Positions 12,472 through 25,891 of a stretch of 64,000 nt of DNA are shown in pieces (the stretch's first letter is position 1; each line of letters opens with the position of its first letter). Under the pieces are notes generated by a model that was given only the letters and a program-made list of their open reading frames with translations, did not search any database and had not been told where the DNA came from. The translations under genes and the position numbers were made by a program. The stretch comes from Azolla caroliniana (taxonomy: Eukaryota > Plantae > Polypodiophyta), in contig JBHGNT010000013.1 in assembly GCA_043228905.1 (NCBI GenBank), positions 18,352,001-18,416,000 of the forward strand, read 5' to 3'.

Positions 12472-15400
12472 GGAGAAGTTCCCCTTAGCCATGTCGGGCA
12501 GAAAGGGAAACTCATGAACGTGCTGCACGTTCCGACAATCACGAAAAACTTGGTCTCGGTCGGACAGATCGTCGACCAAGGAATGGAGGTTCGGTTAACA
12601 CACCTAGGGTGCTTCATTGAGGAAGAAGGCCGTGTGATTGCGCAAGGGCGCAGAGACGGGAGGATGTTCATCCTCAACTCCACTGACGGCGGCACCGCAA
12701 TGTTCGCGAAGGGACAAAAGACCGAGTCGGACATCGACTTGTGGCACAAGCGGATAGGCCACGTCAACTACCAGCGGCTTCAAGATCTGCAATCGAAACA
12801 GGTAGTGTTCGGATTGCCCAAATTTAGTGGACGAAAGGCACAAATTTGTGAAGCCTGCTAGCTCGGGAAGCAACACCGACTTCCTTTCCCCAACGAGCGA
12901 AATCTGAGCCGGAATAAGCTCGACCTTATACACTCCGATGTATAGGGGCTGACACAAAACGTTAGTCTTGGCGGGAGCCGATATTTCGTCTCCTTCATTG
13001 ACGACCACATGCGGCACACGTGGATCTACCTCATTGAGAGGAAGAGCGAAGTCTTCGACTATTTCCGGGACCTCAAAGGGTTCGTGGAAACGGAAACGGG
13101 ACGAAAGATCAAGTGCCTGCAGTCGGATGCCGGAAAAGAGTATTTTTCCAGTCAATTCAACGGTTATCTACAACAAATGGGAATTCGGCACGAATTCAGT
13201 TGTAGATACACGTCGGAGCAGAACGGCGTGGCCGAGAGGAAGAATCGGTCAGTTGTGGAAGCGGCACGGGCAATGCTAGAGGAGAAGAGCTTGCCCAAGT
13301 TCTACTGGGCCGAGGCGGTAAAGACCGCGGTATACATCCAGAACCGGATCGGAGACAAAGTGTCGACACACGAGCTATATTTCGGAACGAAGCCGAACTT
13401 GCGACACTTGAGGGTGTTCGGTAGCATTGCGTATGTGCATGTACCGAAGGAGAAAAGGAGGAAGCTGGACGCAAAGGCCGAGAAGTGCATCTTGGTCGGT
13501 TACTCGAACGAGCAGAAGGGTTATAAATGCTATAACCCTCGCACCAAACAAGCCCGTGTCAGCCGCGACGTTGTGTTCGACGAGTCCGCGTCCTGGTACC
13601 GGCCCCCGACTCGGAACCCCGACTCCAATCCGATCTCTGACGATGAGGTCAGCGAGGCCGAGATGCCTCCGGATGAGCCCGAAATCGAGACCCGCGAAGA
13701 GAGTTCGATTTCACTCCGGTTAAGTGGACCGATTGGACGACTCAGTTGGTATGACCAGTCCGATGAAGAGCCGGCGAGTAGTGGAGACTCGGCCGTGCAT
13801 TCCCCGCGCAGGAAGCCGAGGAGACGACTTACGCGCAAAGAGAAAGGGAAGAAGAAGGTGTCGGATTCCGGCACGGAAAGGAACGAGTTAGACCAACGCT
13901 AGTCCGACTCCGAGGGAACCGGTGACGGGTCTTTAAAGGTGAAGACCGCGTCGACCGAGAAGGCCTCGACATCGGCTAATGTGAGATTACGCCGATCTAC
14001 CCGCCAAAAGAACCCAATTGTGCGGTTCGGATACAACGAGTACATGGCACATCATTATGCGTACATGACCCGTCTAGCGGAAGTGCGTGAGCCGGAGAGC
14101 TACGCAGAAGCGGCTAAAGACGTGAATTGGCGTGCCGTGATGGAGGAAGAGATGCACGCATTGGCGGAGAACGAGATCTGGGACCTGGTTGACGCACCGA
14201 AGGGTGTGAAGCCGATCGGGTGTAGATGGGTGTACAAAGTCAAGTACAACACCGATGGCTCAGTCACCCGGTACAAGGCTCGGCTAGTGGCAAAGGGCTA
14301 CGCGCAGAAGCACGGCATCGACTACGATGAGACATTTGCGCCGGTCGCGAAAATGACGACCGTCTGTGTTTTGCTCGCTATAGTTGCGGTGAAGGGGTGG
14401 CATTTACATTAGATGGATGTGAAGAATGCGTTCCTGCAAGGTGACCTTGAGGAACAGGTGTACATGGTACAGCCCCCCGGATTTCACTCCGGAACGAACT
14501 CCTCAGCAGTATGCCGACTAAAGAAGTCCCTTTACGGACTGAAGCAAGCCCCGCGTGCCTGGAACGCGAAGATCACGCAACAACTGCGTCGGATGGGCTT
14601 TGTCACATCAAAATCGGACTCTTCCCTGTTCATCCGGCAAGGTCGACTTGGACCGGTTAGTATTTTACTATATGTTGATGACTTGGTCATCACCGGCGCT
14701 GACCTAGGTGAAATCGACCGCGTGAAGCTCCAGCTTGCGGCATCGTTCGACATGAAGGATCTAGGGGACCTTCATTACTTCCTCGGGATCGAAGTGATCC
14801 GTAACCCCCGACGGCATATTGATCAGCCAACGTCACTACGTGCTGAGTATGCTCTTCAAATTCGGGATGGCCGACTGTAAGACCGACTCGACTCCTCTAG
14901 ACAGAACCATCAAGCTTCGTCCTGATACGGGAAAGGTATGCGACCCGACGAGGTTCCGACAAATTGTCGGAAGCCTCATATATTTGACCATCACCCGACC
15001 CGACCTCAGTTATCCGGTCGGGGTGATCAGTTAGTTAATGGCGTGACCTACCGAGGAGCACCTTCAGTGTGCGCAACGCATACTTCGGTATGTCAACGGC
15101 ACTAAGGACCGTGGACTGCTATATCGGACCGGTGCAGCCGCGCAGTTAGTCGGCTACACCGATGCTGATTGGGCTGGCAATGCCGCCGATCGCCGATCCA
15201 CGTCTGGATACGCGTTCTCCCTTAGGACTGCCACGATAGCGTGGAGCAATAAGAAGCAGCCGACAGTTGCGTTGTCGAGCACCGAAGCTGAGTACCGAGG
15301 AGCGGCTGTCGCGACATGCGAAGCCATATGGTTGAAGCGGCTACTTAAGGACCTGCAAGAGGAAGTGTTAGATCCGACGACGATCTACTGCGACAACCTC

Positions 15401-16585
15401 AGCAGCATCCACGCACGGACCAAGCACAGACCAAGCACATTGAGGTGCACTACCATTTCGTCCGTGAGCGTGTCCTTTCCGGTGAAGTCGAACTTCAATA
15501 TGTTCCGACGGATCGGCAGACTGCCGACATCTTCACCAAGCCTCTTGGTCTGGACAAGTTGCGGCAATTCTCAGGTGCGCTCGGATTGCGTCACCTCGAC
15601 GTGCCTAACTTGAGTGGGAGAACAGTCCCGAACGACCAAGCAAAGCAGCAGGAAAGGAGCGGAGACCGCGACACTGAGTCGGTTGACTCGTTTGTTGACT
15701 CGGTTGAAAACCGATCGGCTGAAGAAGCTGAGGGCGACTTCGGATCGGCTGAAGAAGCCGAGGGCGGACCCGTGGTAAAGTTCGGAAGAGGACAGAAGGG
15801 GAGCAACCGAAGGAGAGAGCTGAAGCCAACCACACATGGGGAAGATGACGCCATTAAGGGCGAGAAGACCAAAGACGAGTTGGAGAAAGCCAACTCGGAC
15901 GAGAGCGAAAACCGATCGGAGGTAGCTGAGTCGGTTCGGATGTTTGATTCAGACACGTTGAATAAACTGAGGCGCAAGCGGAAGAAAAGGTAGCAAGAGA
16001 AGTGTCAACACCGCAACAGCAGAAGAGCTGATAAGGGCCGCATGAGCATACAAGCCAACCAGAAGGGTCGAAGCGCGCGGAGTCGAACAGGTCGAGGAGC
16101 GCGAGCGAGGCGTGAAGCCAGGAGGAACCGGAGCCGTGAGCCCGAGGAGCCGTGAACCTGAGGATCCCGAAGAGCCTCGAGTTGAGCTTGAGGGGGATTG
16201 TTGAGAGACAAGCTCAACATCGGCCGGATCGGCTGAAGAAGCCGAGGACCGGATCGGTTGGGACCGATCAGTTAGGCTGAGTTCGTAAACCGGGAGGTCG
16301 TTAGGAAAGATATTCCGTGAGGAATATATTTGGGAGTTAGTGTAGGAGCTCTTAATGAGCATTGAAGTATTGTCAGTACTTCGGTCAGTCCTTCCAGAAC
16401 TTGTATAAAAGTGTTCATTGAGCACGTCTTATGTACAGACTTGAGTATTATTATTGAATATAGTTTTTTGTGTCTACTCTCTCTGTCTCTCCCGCGTATA
16501 CCATGTAAGCCCAAGCTCTCCATTGAACCTGATTTTCCTTCCTCTGTTCTGTCTTCATACCTGCTTCCGCACGCTACTTTCTACA
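12472..16585 (+). mobile_element. Copia element E, 3' part (protease tail, integrase, RT, RNase H, 3' LTR 16199-16585)
   Basis: ORFs 12379-12861, 13009-13902, 13939-14880 and 15445-15993. PPT GAGGGGGAT precedes the TGTTGAG...CTACA LTR, which is followed by AGAAC. Confidence 0.92.
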
Positions 16586-18808
16586 AGAACCATACGTACG
16601 AATTGGTGGAGTTGCCGAAAGGAAAGCGGGCACTCTGAAACTAGTGGGTGTACAAGTTGAAACCGGGAGATGCCGGCAACCCCCCGAGATACAAAGCCAG
16701 GATCGTGGTGAAGGGGTTCCAGCAAAAGAAGGGCGTGGACTTCGACGAGATATTTGCGCCGGTGGTAAAGATGACCTCCATTCGGACGGTGCTGAGTATA
16801 GTGGCAAGCATGGACCTCGAGGTAGAGCAGCTGGACGTGAAGACGACATTCCTTCACGGTGACCTCGAAGAGGAGATCTACATGTAGCAACCGGAAGGAT
16901 TCGTGGAGAAAGGGAAGGAGCACCTGGTTTGCCGATTGAAGAAGATCCTGTACGGACTGAAGCAGGCTCCCCGACAATGGTACCGGAAGTTCGACTCCTT
17001 CATGACTGATCAAGGGTACCACAAGACGCAGGCCGATCACTGTGTGTTTGTGAAGAAGTTCGAAGGAGGCGACTTCTTGATACTCCTTCTGTACGTGGAC
17101 GACATGTTGATCGTCGGACGGGACCAAGCCAAAATACGGATGCTGAAGAAGGCTCTCAACCGAACTTTCGTGATGAAAGACTTGGGTCCGGCAAGACAGA
17201 TGCTGGGGATGCATATCATCTGGAGCCGGTCAACGAAGCAACTGTGGCTGTCACAAGAGAAATACGTGACAAAGGTGCTTCAACGGTTCAACATGTCAGA
17301 AGCGAAACCGGTCGGATCGACACTCCCAGCAAACTGCAGATTATCTTGTAAGCAAAGCCCAAAGACGAAAGTAGAGAAGGCTGATATGACGAAGGTACCA
17401 TATGCCTCTATCGTCGGGAGCTTAATGTACGCAGTGGTGTGTACCCGACCAGATATAGGATACGCAGTTAGAGTGGTGAGCCGGTTTATGAGCAATCCTA
17501 GCAAGGAGCACTGGAACACGATAAAATGGATACTTCGGTACTTGAAGGGCACTTCGGATATGTGTCTCCGATTCGGCTCCGGTAAACCTCAACTTGACAG
17601 TTTTAGCGACTCAGACATGTCGGCTGATATGGATACCAACCGGTCTACATCCGGGTATGTAATGACATATGCAGGGGGAGCCGTTTCGTTGTAGTCGAGG
17701 CTGCAGAAGACGGTGGCGTTATCAACCACGGAGGCGGAGCAGAGTACATGGCGGCTGTGGAAGCCGGCAAGGAAATACTATGGATGAAAGACATCATCGG
17801 AGAGCTCGGTATCCGGCAAGATGAATACTGGCTCTATTGCGACAGTCAAAGTGCCATCCACCTTGCTAAGAATGCGGCCTACCATTCCCGGACGAAGCAT
17901 ATCTAGCGAAGGTATCACTGGATCCGGGAAAGAGTAGATTACCAGGAGTTCACGATGACAAAGATCCACACGGCCGAGAACGGGTCAAATATGCTGACCA
18001 AAGTACTGATACCCGACAAGCTGGATGCATGTCGGAAGCGGATCGGACTTGTAAGACATCCCATGCCGGAGTGAAGGGGGAGTTTGTTAGGAAACAGGTC
18101 CCTCCGGATGGGAAGTGAGAAGAACAGTGTTGATGAGCAAACTCTCGGCAACGGAAGACCCGGTGGGAAACCGGATGTGGAGTACCTGGCAACGGAAGAC
18201 CCGGTGAGAATCGGATGTGGAGTACCCGGCAACGGAAGACCCGGTGAGAATCGGATGTGGAGTACCCGGCAACGGAAGACCCAGTGAGAACCGGATGACG
18301 AGTACCCGGCAAGAGCCGGATGGTGAAGGCCCGGTGAGAAGTACTCACCGGATGAAGGGACATATTTGTAAATATGTTTTCTGAGAGTCCATCGGGACTA
18401 TATTTGTAAATAGCCGAAAAGTCATATGAGTATAAATATGACTTAGGGCAAACTTAGTGATTCAGTTGTGGTCATTCTTGTTGGCGCAAGATTAGAGCGC
18501 AACACTGTACAGAGAGTGAGAGAGAGAAAGAGATGAAGTGTTCGTATCTCTGTTGTAACCGCCGCATGTGGCGAAGACAGTGAACAAGAGGTCGTTGCCT
18601 CTGTGTTCATTTATTGTATATTGTTACATAGTGATAGTTAGCAGTCAGTGGACTGCCGTGGTTTTTCCCGTGTTTGGGTTTTCCACGTAAACATCCTGTG
18701 TACTCTTCTCTCCATTTTGTCGTGCATTCATTCCCCATTTTTTTCTGTGCTTGATTCTAAGCTCGGTTGTGGCTGAGCGTTGTTCATCGGAGCGTGTAGT
18801 TCCTGTCA
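16586..18808 (+). mobile_element. Copia element D, 3' part (RT, RNase H, PPT, 3' LTR 18085-18808)
   Basis: YKARIVVKGF, QLDVKT, YGLKQAPRQW, LYVDDMLI, RSTSGY; PPT GTGAAGGGGGAG; LTR TGTTAG...CTGTCA. Confidence 0.92.
18146..18312 (+). repeat. ~41-bp tandem repeat (about 4 copies) inside the D LTR
   Basis: Unit GGCAACGGAAGACCCGGTGAGAATCGGATGTGGAGTACCC repeated. Confidence 0.9.
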
Positions 18809-19984
18809 AATACATCTTAGCCAACTACCAACAGAGAATATTCTTCTAGTGAAACTAAGTAGTCTAGACTCAATCCCATTACTCTACTTCCCTCTTCTCT
18901 TAAATACATTTTGTCATACTCATCTACGGTTTCCCACATTGACACCTCATCGAACTAGGTGGGCAAGTTGCACAATAGTTAATCCTCATTGGGGGTGCTA
19001 TCACCAAATGTGCATTCTAAGAATACATGTGGGGATAAAGTGACAAAGTGGGCTTGATCATTGTTTATATCTAATGCATTTATTACCAAGACATTTATCA
19101 TAACTTTCTAGTATAAAAATGACACTACATTCTTGTAGGCTATGCTTAATTTTAAATGGTTATTAGCATTGCATGTTTTTTGCAATGTTTAATATCCACT
19201 TTTTATTAAAAAACGGCAAAATATACATGCCCCTTTATGCATTAATGAATCCCTGATTCCGAAACATTGCAGTCTTGTAGTAAAATAGTAAACTCCATGA
19301 AGTTAAATTTAAGAAGGTGCTCATAGTTTAGAATTTTCGTCTTGTAATCCACAGTTCAGATTTGAAAACCTGGTTATTTGGCGTACTATTACATTGTTGG
19401 CTGTTTGGATAATATGGAAAGCGAGATGTGATTCTGTTTTTAACAATGCTCACATACATCTCCACACTATGCTTATTGAATTTTGGATGTTATTTGTCCA
19501 CACACTACGTGGTCGATAAGATGATCAACAGGGTTCTACTGATGTTCTGTGGCAACGTCATTTGGCCTTTTAAGAAATGATGGCAAGGGCTTCACTTATT
19601 TTCAGATACAACTTCTGGTTTGAACTATAATTATGCCATACCTTCTTTTATGTTGCATTGTTGATAGTTATTGCTCCACTTGTATCATATACGACATCAT
19701 CTGTTTGATCAGATGCTTGTACTAGCCTTTGTATCACAATAGAAGTAAGATGAAATGCCTCCTTTTGTTTTCTCTACGTACAATTGTCAAGTAATATACT
19801 AAGGTGCATCTTTCTATAAAACTAAATAAATAGAAGTACTCATAGTTCAGAATAACCATCTAATTTTGAATTCACGTGGATTTCTTTTCATCTCAAATGT
19901 TTAGTTTGAGCATCGAGAATGTTTTGTCACCAAGGTTTAATATTACGAATGTGAAATGACATTCAACACTACAATAGAAAGGGG

Positions 19985-20250
19985 TGTTGACGATGCTAAA
20001 ACTCATCACTAACAATGTCCCTTTCATACTATCATTGTGTGATACGGTTTTGACGCATGTAGGGCATCGCAAAGAAATGTTCTAATGTTATAAAGAGTTG
20101 TAGAGCAATGTGCTAGTGCCAAAAGCAATGTTACCGATGCCAAACTCACTAATTGTCTTGCTTTCGTATTGTTGTTGTGCAACATGGTTTTGACGCATGT
20201 AGGGCATCGCAAAGAAAACTTCTAATGTCACTGAGCGAAGTGCTAGTGTC
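19985..20250. repeat. Imperfect ~140-bp tandem duplication
   Basis: GGTTTTGACGCATGTAGGGCATCGCAAAGAAA occurs twice, with matching flanks. Confidence 0.7.
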
Positions 20251-20946
20251 GATGCCTATAAATGGCTATTTTTTTCTTGTAAAAAAAACGGGGTTGAACC
20301 CATGACTTTCTAGTCTCCATTGGGCAACCTTAACCAAAAAAGCTACATCCATCTGGGTTGTGTGTGTGTGTGTGTGTGTTCTCTCTCTCACTTTCGTTGT
20401 ATGACTTGGTCATACTTACAACAATCCCACCTAATTCTCAGTTGGATGTGGAAGACTCACTTGGCTAATTTGTTGACGTTGTTTGGCCTCAAGAACGTCT
20501 TGAGTTCCATGAATTTCTTGAACATGTAAAAGCTCAAAAGTTGTTACATCCATAGAACCCAACAAAAATTCAACATGGGAAGACAATTTGTGTATGTGAT
20601 CGCTAGTGTGTGTGTATGTGTATTTGTGTGTATGTGAATGACAAAGTAAGTGAGACTGGCTACCAAAACAAGAACTAATAATGAACCCTATCCTTATCCC
20701 CTTAAGAGTGAGTTAGGATATTCTGCAAGCAATAATAGTGTCAGGTTCCTAGTGGTAAACTATGTAAGTTTCATGGATGGTAGGTAGCTATGGCAACGCC
20801 AATAGATCTAAAAAGACTCAAACCTCTAATTATCAAGGTCTCAAAGTCGCTTTGGACATGGAGAGGGTTTCTGATTTTAAAGCAAGTCCTACACTACCAA
20901 AAACAGGGATTGGTTAGTATTTGGTCCAAAAGCAAAAGAATTAAAC

Positions 20947-21373
20947 ATGAAATGGTGTTGATGTCTAGGGGGGCAAACCTGAAGGATCAACGTATGTTTC
21001 CTCACCTCCGGACAGGAAGAATCCTTCCCATATTCACAGATGATTGAAGAAAATATACAACCAAATGCTTCCGATTGGCAGATCTATATAGGACGATTCG
21101 CATCCTGGTAGTGGTACGTTCGGGCATGACATACAACGATTTCCCTCAATTGGTGGAGCAACATGTTACGGATAACAATGTGAATCGGCTTCTAAAAGAC
21201 ATCAGGAATGAGAGGAAGAAGGACAAAATCAAGGCTCAAATGGTGAGGATCAGCAACAAAGTGAGAGTGGACCCAATCACACATGAAATCAATGGTGACC
21301 AAGACAAAGGAAGGGCTGAAGGAGATCTCGAAGAAGTCCATGAAGCTTCTGGATGGCAAATTGAAGTACACAT
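20947..21373 (+). pseudogene. Truncated copy of P-loop GTPase gene 1 (G1-to-G4 deletion; 3' end disrupted by copia F)
   Basis: ADLYRTIRILVVVRSG is joined directly to MTYNDFPQLVEQHVTD...; matches 30920-31820; stops in the N-terminal part. Confidence 0.88.
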
Positions 21374-24300
21374 TGAAAAGATTTCACTCAGGCAAAATTA
21401 CGAAATCAACTTAGACATAAATAGAAATAAAGAGTAGCACACAATTTACGTGGAAAACCCTGATTTTAGGGAAAAAACCACGGAACAGAACTTTCCACTA
21501 GAATAGAAAACAAAATACAACCATGGAATGAAAGAACCTGATCTAGTCTGAATGTTCTCTGAAACCACAATTTCAGATGAGAACACCAAACCCTAGCACG
21601 TAGATCTCTTTCCTATTCGAAACTTCCTTAGCTTCTCTATTTTAATCTCTCTCTCTTGTTTTCTGTTTCACTCAACTTTTCTTCTCACTCTCAGCTTCTG
21701 AGATATGGCACTCACACAGCCGCTATTGTGATCTCTCAGAGTCGTTCTCTGTTCATCTCTTCTCTTGCACTATATACACATATATATATCTCACGCGCTC
21801 ACTATTTCATTTAAGTATACTTTCACGCCTTTTTCACTATTTTTACTCCTAGTGAGTTATCCCACATGCAGACGCACTACTACGCCAGTCAGTATATATA
21901 TACTAAGTCATTTCATACACATATATATGAAGACATACATATATATGTATATGTGTGTTTGAACTTCTAATCAGTTGAATTTGAATTCGGTCAACTGACT
22001 CTTCTTTCAGTGTTTTGGTTCTTCGGCCAACCAATTATTCTTTTAGCTCTCTGACCGATTCCAACTAGCCGACTCTCATTTTGGCTCTTTTGACCGAATT
22101 CAGTCAGCAGACTCTTTTCGGCTTTTCGGCTAATTTCGGTCAGCCAACTCATTTTGGCCTCTTAGCCGACTCTCAAGTCGACTTTTCTGCCGACTCCCAT
22201 GCAAGGAGGGACTCCTTTGCATAACAAACTCCCCCTTCACTCCTGTAGGGGGAGAGTCAACCAAACCAATCTTTTGCCGGCACGCAACAAGTTTTTCCAT
22301 CGGCAAGACTTTAGTAAGCATATCTGATCCATTTTCGTCAATATGGATCTTTGCTAAGGTGAACTCATTTTCTTCCACTCTCTCTCGCAACCAATGATAC
22401 CTCCTTTGAATGTGCCTTGTACGAGAGTGATAGGCAACATTCTTCGCGAGGTGTATTGCAATCTGGTTATCACAATGAAGTAGGAATGTTCCTTGTTTCA
22501 TTCCTAGTTCACTTAAAAAATCTCTCATCCAAATTAATTCTTTTCCGGCTTCCACTGCAGCCATATATTCAGCCTTTGTGGTTGACAAAGCCACAACCTT
22601 CTGCAATCTTGATTGCCATGACATGGCTCCCCCTAAATAAGTCATCACATACCCTGATGTGGATCGGCTGGAATCTACATCCCTCGACATATCAGAGTCT
22701 GTAAAACCTTCTAGCATAGGTTTTCCGGAGCCATATCTAAGGCATACCCTCGAAGTTCCTTTGAGGCATCTAAGTATCCATTTTACGGCTGCCCAATGCT
22801 CCTTTCCTGGATTACTCATGTACCGACTAACTGTCCCAACAACAAATGCAATGTCCGGCCTTGTGTAGACCATAGCATACATTAAGCTACCAACAGCTGA
22901 TGCGTACAGCACCCTCCTCATCTCTGCCTTATCTTTCTCAGCTTTCGGACATTGTCTTGAATTTAGCTTACAATCCACCGGCAATGGAGATCCAACGGAT
23001 TTTGCATTGTCCATGTTGAACCTTTGCAACACTTTCGTCACATATTTCTCTTGTGACAGCCATAACATGTTTTTAGTCCTGTCCCAGACTATATGCATCC
23101 CCAAAATCTATTTTGCCGGCCCTAAGTCTTTCATGGCGAAAGATTTGCTCAATGCTTTCTTCAAGCTTGTAATCTTTTTGCCATCCTATCCAACAACCAA
23201 CATATCGTCCACATATAACAAATGAATAAGAAAATCACCTTCATCATACCTTTTCACAAATACACAATGATCAGCTTGTGTTTTGTGGAATCCATGTTCC
23301 AACATGAAGGGCTCAAATTTCTTATACCATTGTCGTGGGGCTTGCTTTATCCCATACAGACTTTTCTTCAACTTACATACAAGATTCTCTTTTCCTTTCA
23401 CCTCAAAACCTTCCGGCTGTTGCATATAGATTTCCTCTTCCAACTCACCATGCAAGAATGTTGTTTTAACATCCAACTGTTCAATTTCCAAATTCATATT
23501 GGCGGCCATACTCAAAACACTCTGGATGGAAGTCATCTTGACAACTGGAGCAAAAATCTCATCAAAATCAACACCCTTTTTCTGTTGGAAACCCTTCATG
23601 ACAATGTGAGCCTTATACCTAAGTGTACTTCCATCTTCTCCAATCTTTAATTTGTAGACCCATTTGTTTCTAAGTGCCTTTTTACCATCACGCAACTCTA
23701 TTAACTCATAGGTGAAGTTCTCATGCAAGGAATCCATTTCCTCTTGCATGGCATTATACCACTTCTCCTTATGTACATCAGTCATGACCTCTTCATAGCA
23801 TTATGGTTCCCCTTCATCAGTCAAGAGAATATATTGACTGGCTGGATACTGAGAGGATGTCTTCCTTCGTCTTTGGGGATATCTTCTTCCTTCACCAACC
23901 GACTCAGATTCGGTTTCTTCTGCCAACTCATCTTCCGACTCAGTTTCGTGAGCATCTGTTTGCTATTGATTGCCGGCCGACTCAGATTCGGCTTCATCAA
24001 CCGACTGTTGTCTTCCAACTGGTTGTGTGGGAGTGGGATTGATTAGTGTCGGCTCCATAACAGTAGTCGATTGGGAAGACACCTTTGGTCTTTGTTGCTT
24101 CCAGTCTTCGATGAATATAACATCGCGACTTCTTATCACCTTCTTATCATGGAGATCCCACATCCTATATCCAAATTCTTCTTCTAAGTATCCTAAGAAT
24201 ATAGAAGATCCTTTTCCGCAAGGATATGCATTCCCCTTTCGCTCATGTGTCTGAGCCTTTTATGCCACAACTCACCATCTGAGCCAACCACTACATTTGC

Positions 24301-24594
24301 TTCATCTCGGCACAACTTTGCATACATCACATACAATGTGTTCTGTTTTTGGGCTCGAGCCACAATCAGGCTCCCTTTACAAAACTTCCATGTACCATTT
24401 CGAAAGCTACCACTATCCCCTTCATCATCAAGCCGTACAGCCGATATCATATTCAATCTGACATTCGGAACATGGCTTAAATCCTTCAATATCAATTTGC
24501 AGCCAGTAGATGTTAGCAAACACACAGTTCCTATGCCCAAAATCTTCCATTCACCGTCATTTCCCATCTTTACGTGGCCATAGTTACCGGTCGT
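21374..24594 (-). mobile_element. Copia element F (Tork-like), truncated; 3' LTR 21374-22226
   Basis: ORFs 22130-23104 and 23186-23785 (RT/RNase H) and 24193-24687 (protease tail/GAG-pre-integrase). Integrase core is deleted near 24200. PPT reverse complement CTCCCCCTTCAC at ~22229. Confidence 0.9.
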
Positions 24595-25676
24595 GTCGAG
24601 TAATGCTTTTGGGGTACGGATATCTTGATGATTTTCGGACGAGTAACGAGTTCCTTTGAGGTTTAATTCTTCTTTATTATTGTACATTCTTTATTTGATG
24701 CCTATATGCAACAAATTTTTGGCATGTTTACAGACCAAGTTATTTCAAAAGGATAGCATGCATGGAATACAACAGTACAAAACATCAATGATATTCATCG
24801 TATGTATGGTATGACTAATGCTAAAAGACGCAAGAAATTGATTGATAAGTTTTCATATATTCTTACGCGGTGCAATGTACTATTGATGAATAATCCACAT
24901 GATTAAGAGCTTTTGGATGTTCAAGTACAGTACATTGTGAAGAATTTGTCTTCGCAAAGTTATGAATAGACAAGAATACATCAATTAAAGGAGGCATTTA
25001 TAGATAATCAATCACAATCTCATATGTTTTCTTTTCAAGGATTATGATCACTATATGCTCGTTCAAATGTGGTAAAAATTAAGATAGGGGATGACATTGT
25101 TGTAGACCAAGTCAAGGCTATTGAGTTATGTATTATTCATTTTATGAATTTGATTGGGCCAAAGTTGATTATTAATGAGGATCTCTCTCTCTCTCTCTCT
25201 CATGATTGGATGTGGAAGACTGACTTGGTCGATCTCGTGGTCTCTTTTGATGTCAAGAACGTCCTGACTTCCATGAATTTCTTGAACATTGTAATCCATA
25301 GAACCTAAAAGAAATTATAATTACGAGGACAATTCATTTGTGTATGTGTGTGTGTGTGTGTGAATGTACGTGTGCTTGTGATGACAAGTCATTCCGACAT
25401 AATACATTTAAAAAATGGCTCCCACCACCACTTGGATGGGAATAGTTTCCTCTCGTCAAACCAGCCAGGAAACAGAAGTGGGTGACAATACATAATTTTG
25501 ACAACTCTCATTATCGACATCTCAAAGTTCCTTTCAACATGGAGAGGGTTTCTAATTTTAAAGCAAGTCCTACATTGCCAAAAACAGGGATTGGTGTTAA
25601 ATATTAAGTACTACCTAATAATATACAGTAACAACATCATTAGTTAGTATTTGGTCCAAAAGCAAAAGAATTAAAC

Positions 25677-25891
25677 ATGAAGTGGTGTTGTTGTCTAAGA
25701 GGCAAACCTGAATAATCAAAACCGGCAAATCAAGATACAAGGGAAGGATCAATAGACCCAAAACCGGCAGATCAATATACAAGGAAAGGATCAACAGACC
25801 AATATACACGTAGGGAACAATTGAAGATTATCTACAACAAACACTTCCGATCAGCAGATCTGTATAGCACCGTTCGCATCATGGTAGTGGG
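25677..25891 (+). pseudogene. Truncated GTPase gene 1 copy (N-terminus only, 2 repeats, internal stop)
   Basis: MKWCCCLRGKPE*...ADLYSTVRIMVVG, then joined to the intron-2 homologue. Confidence 0.85.

Noticed and set aside
18146-18312. Regularly spaced repeats resembling a CRISPR array
   Set aside because: Contiguous tandem units with no unique spacers, inside an LTR of a eukaryotic retrotransposon; no cas genes
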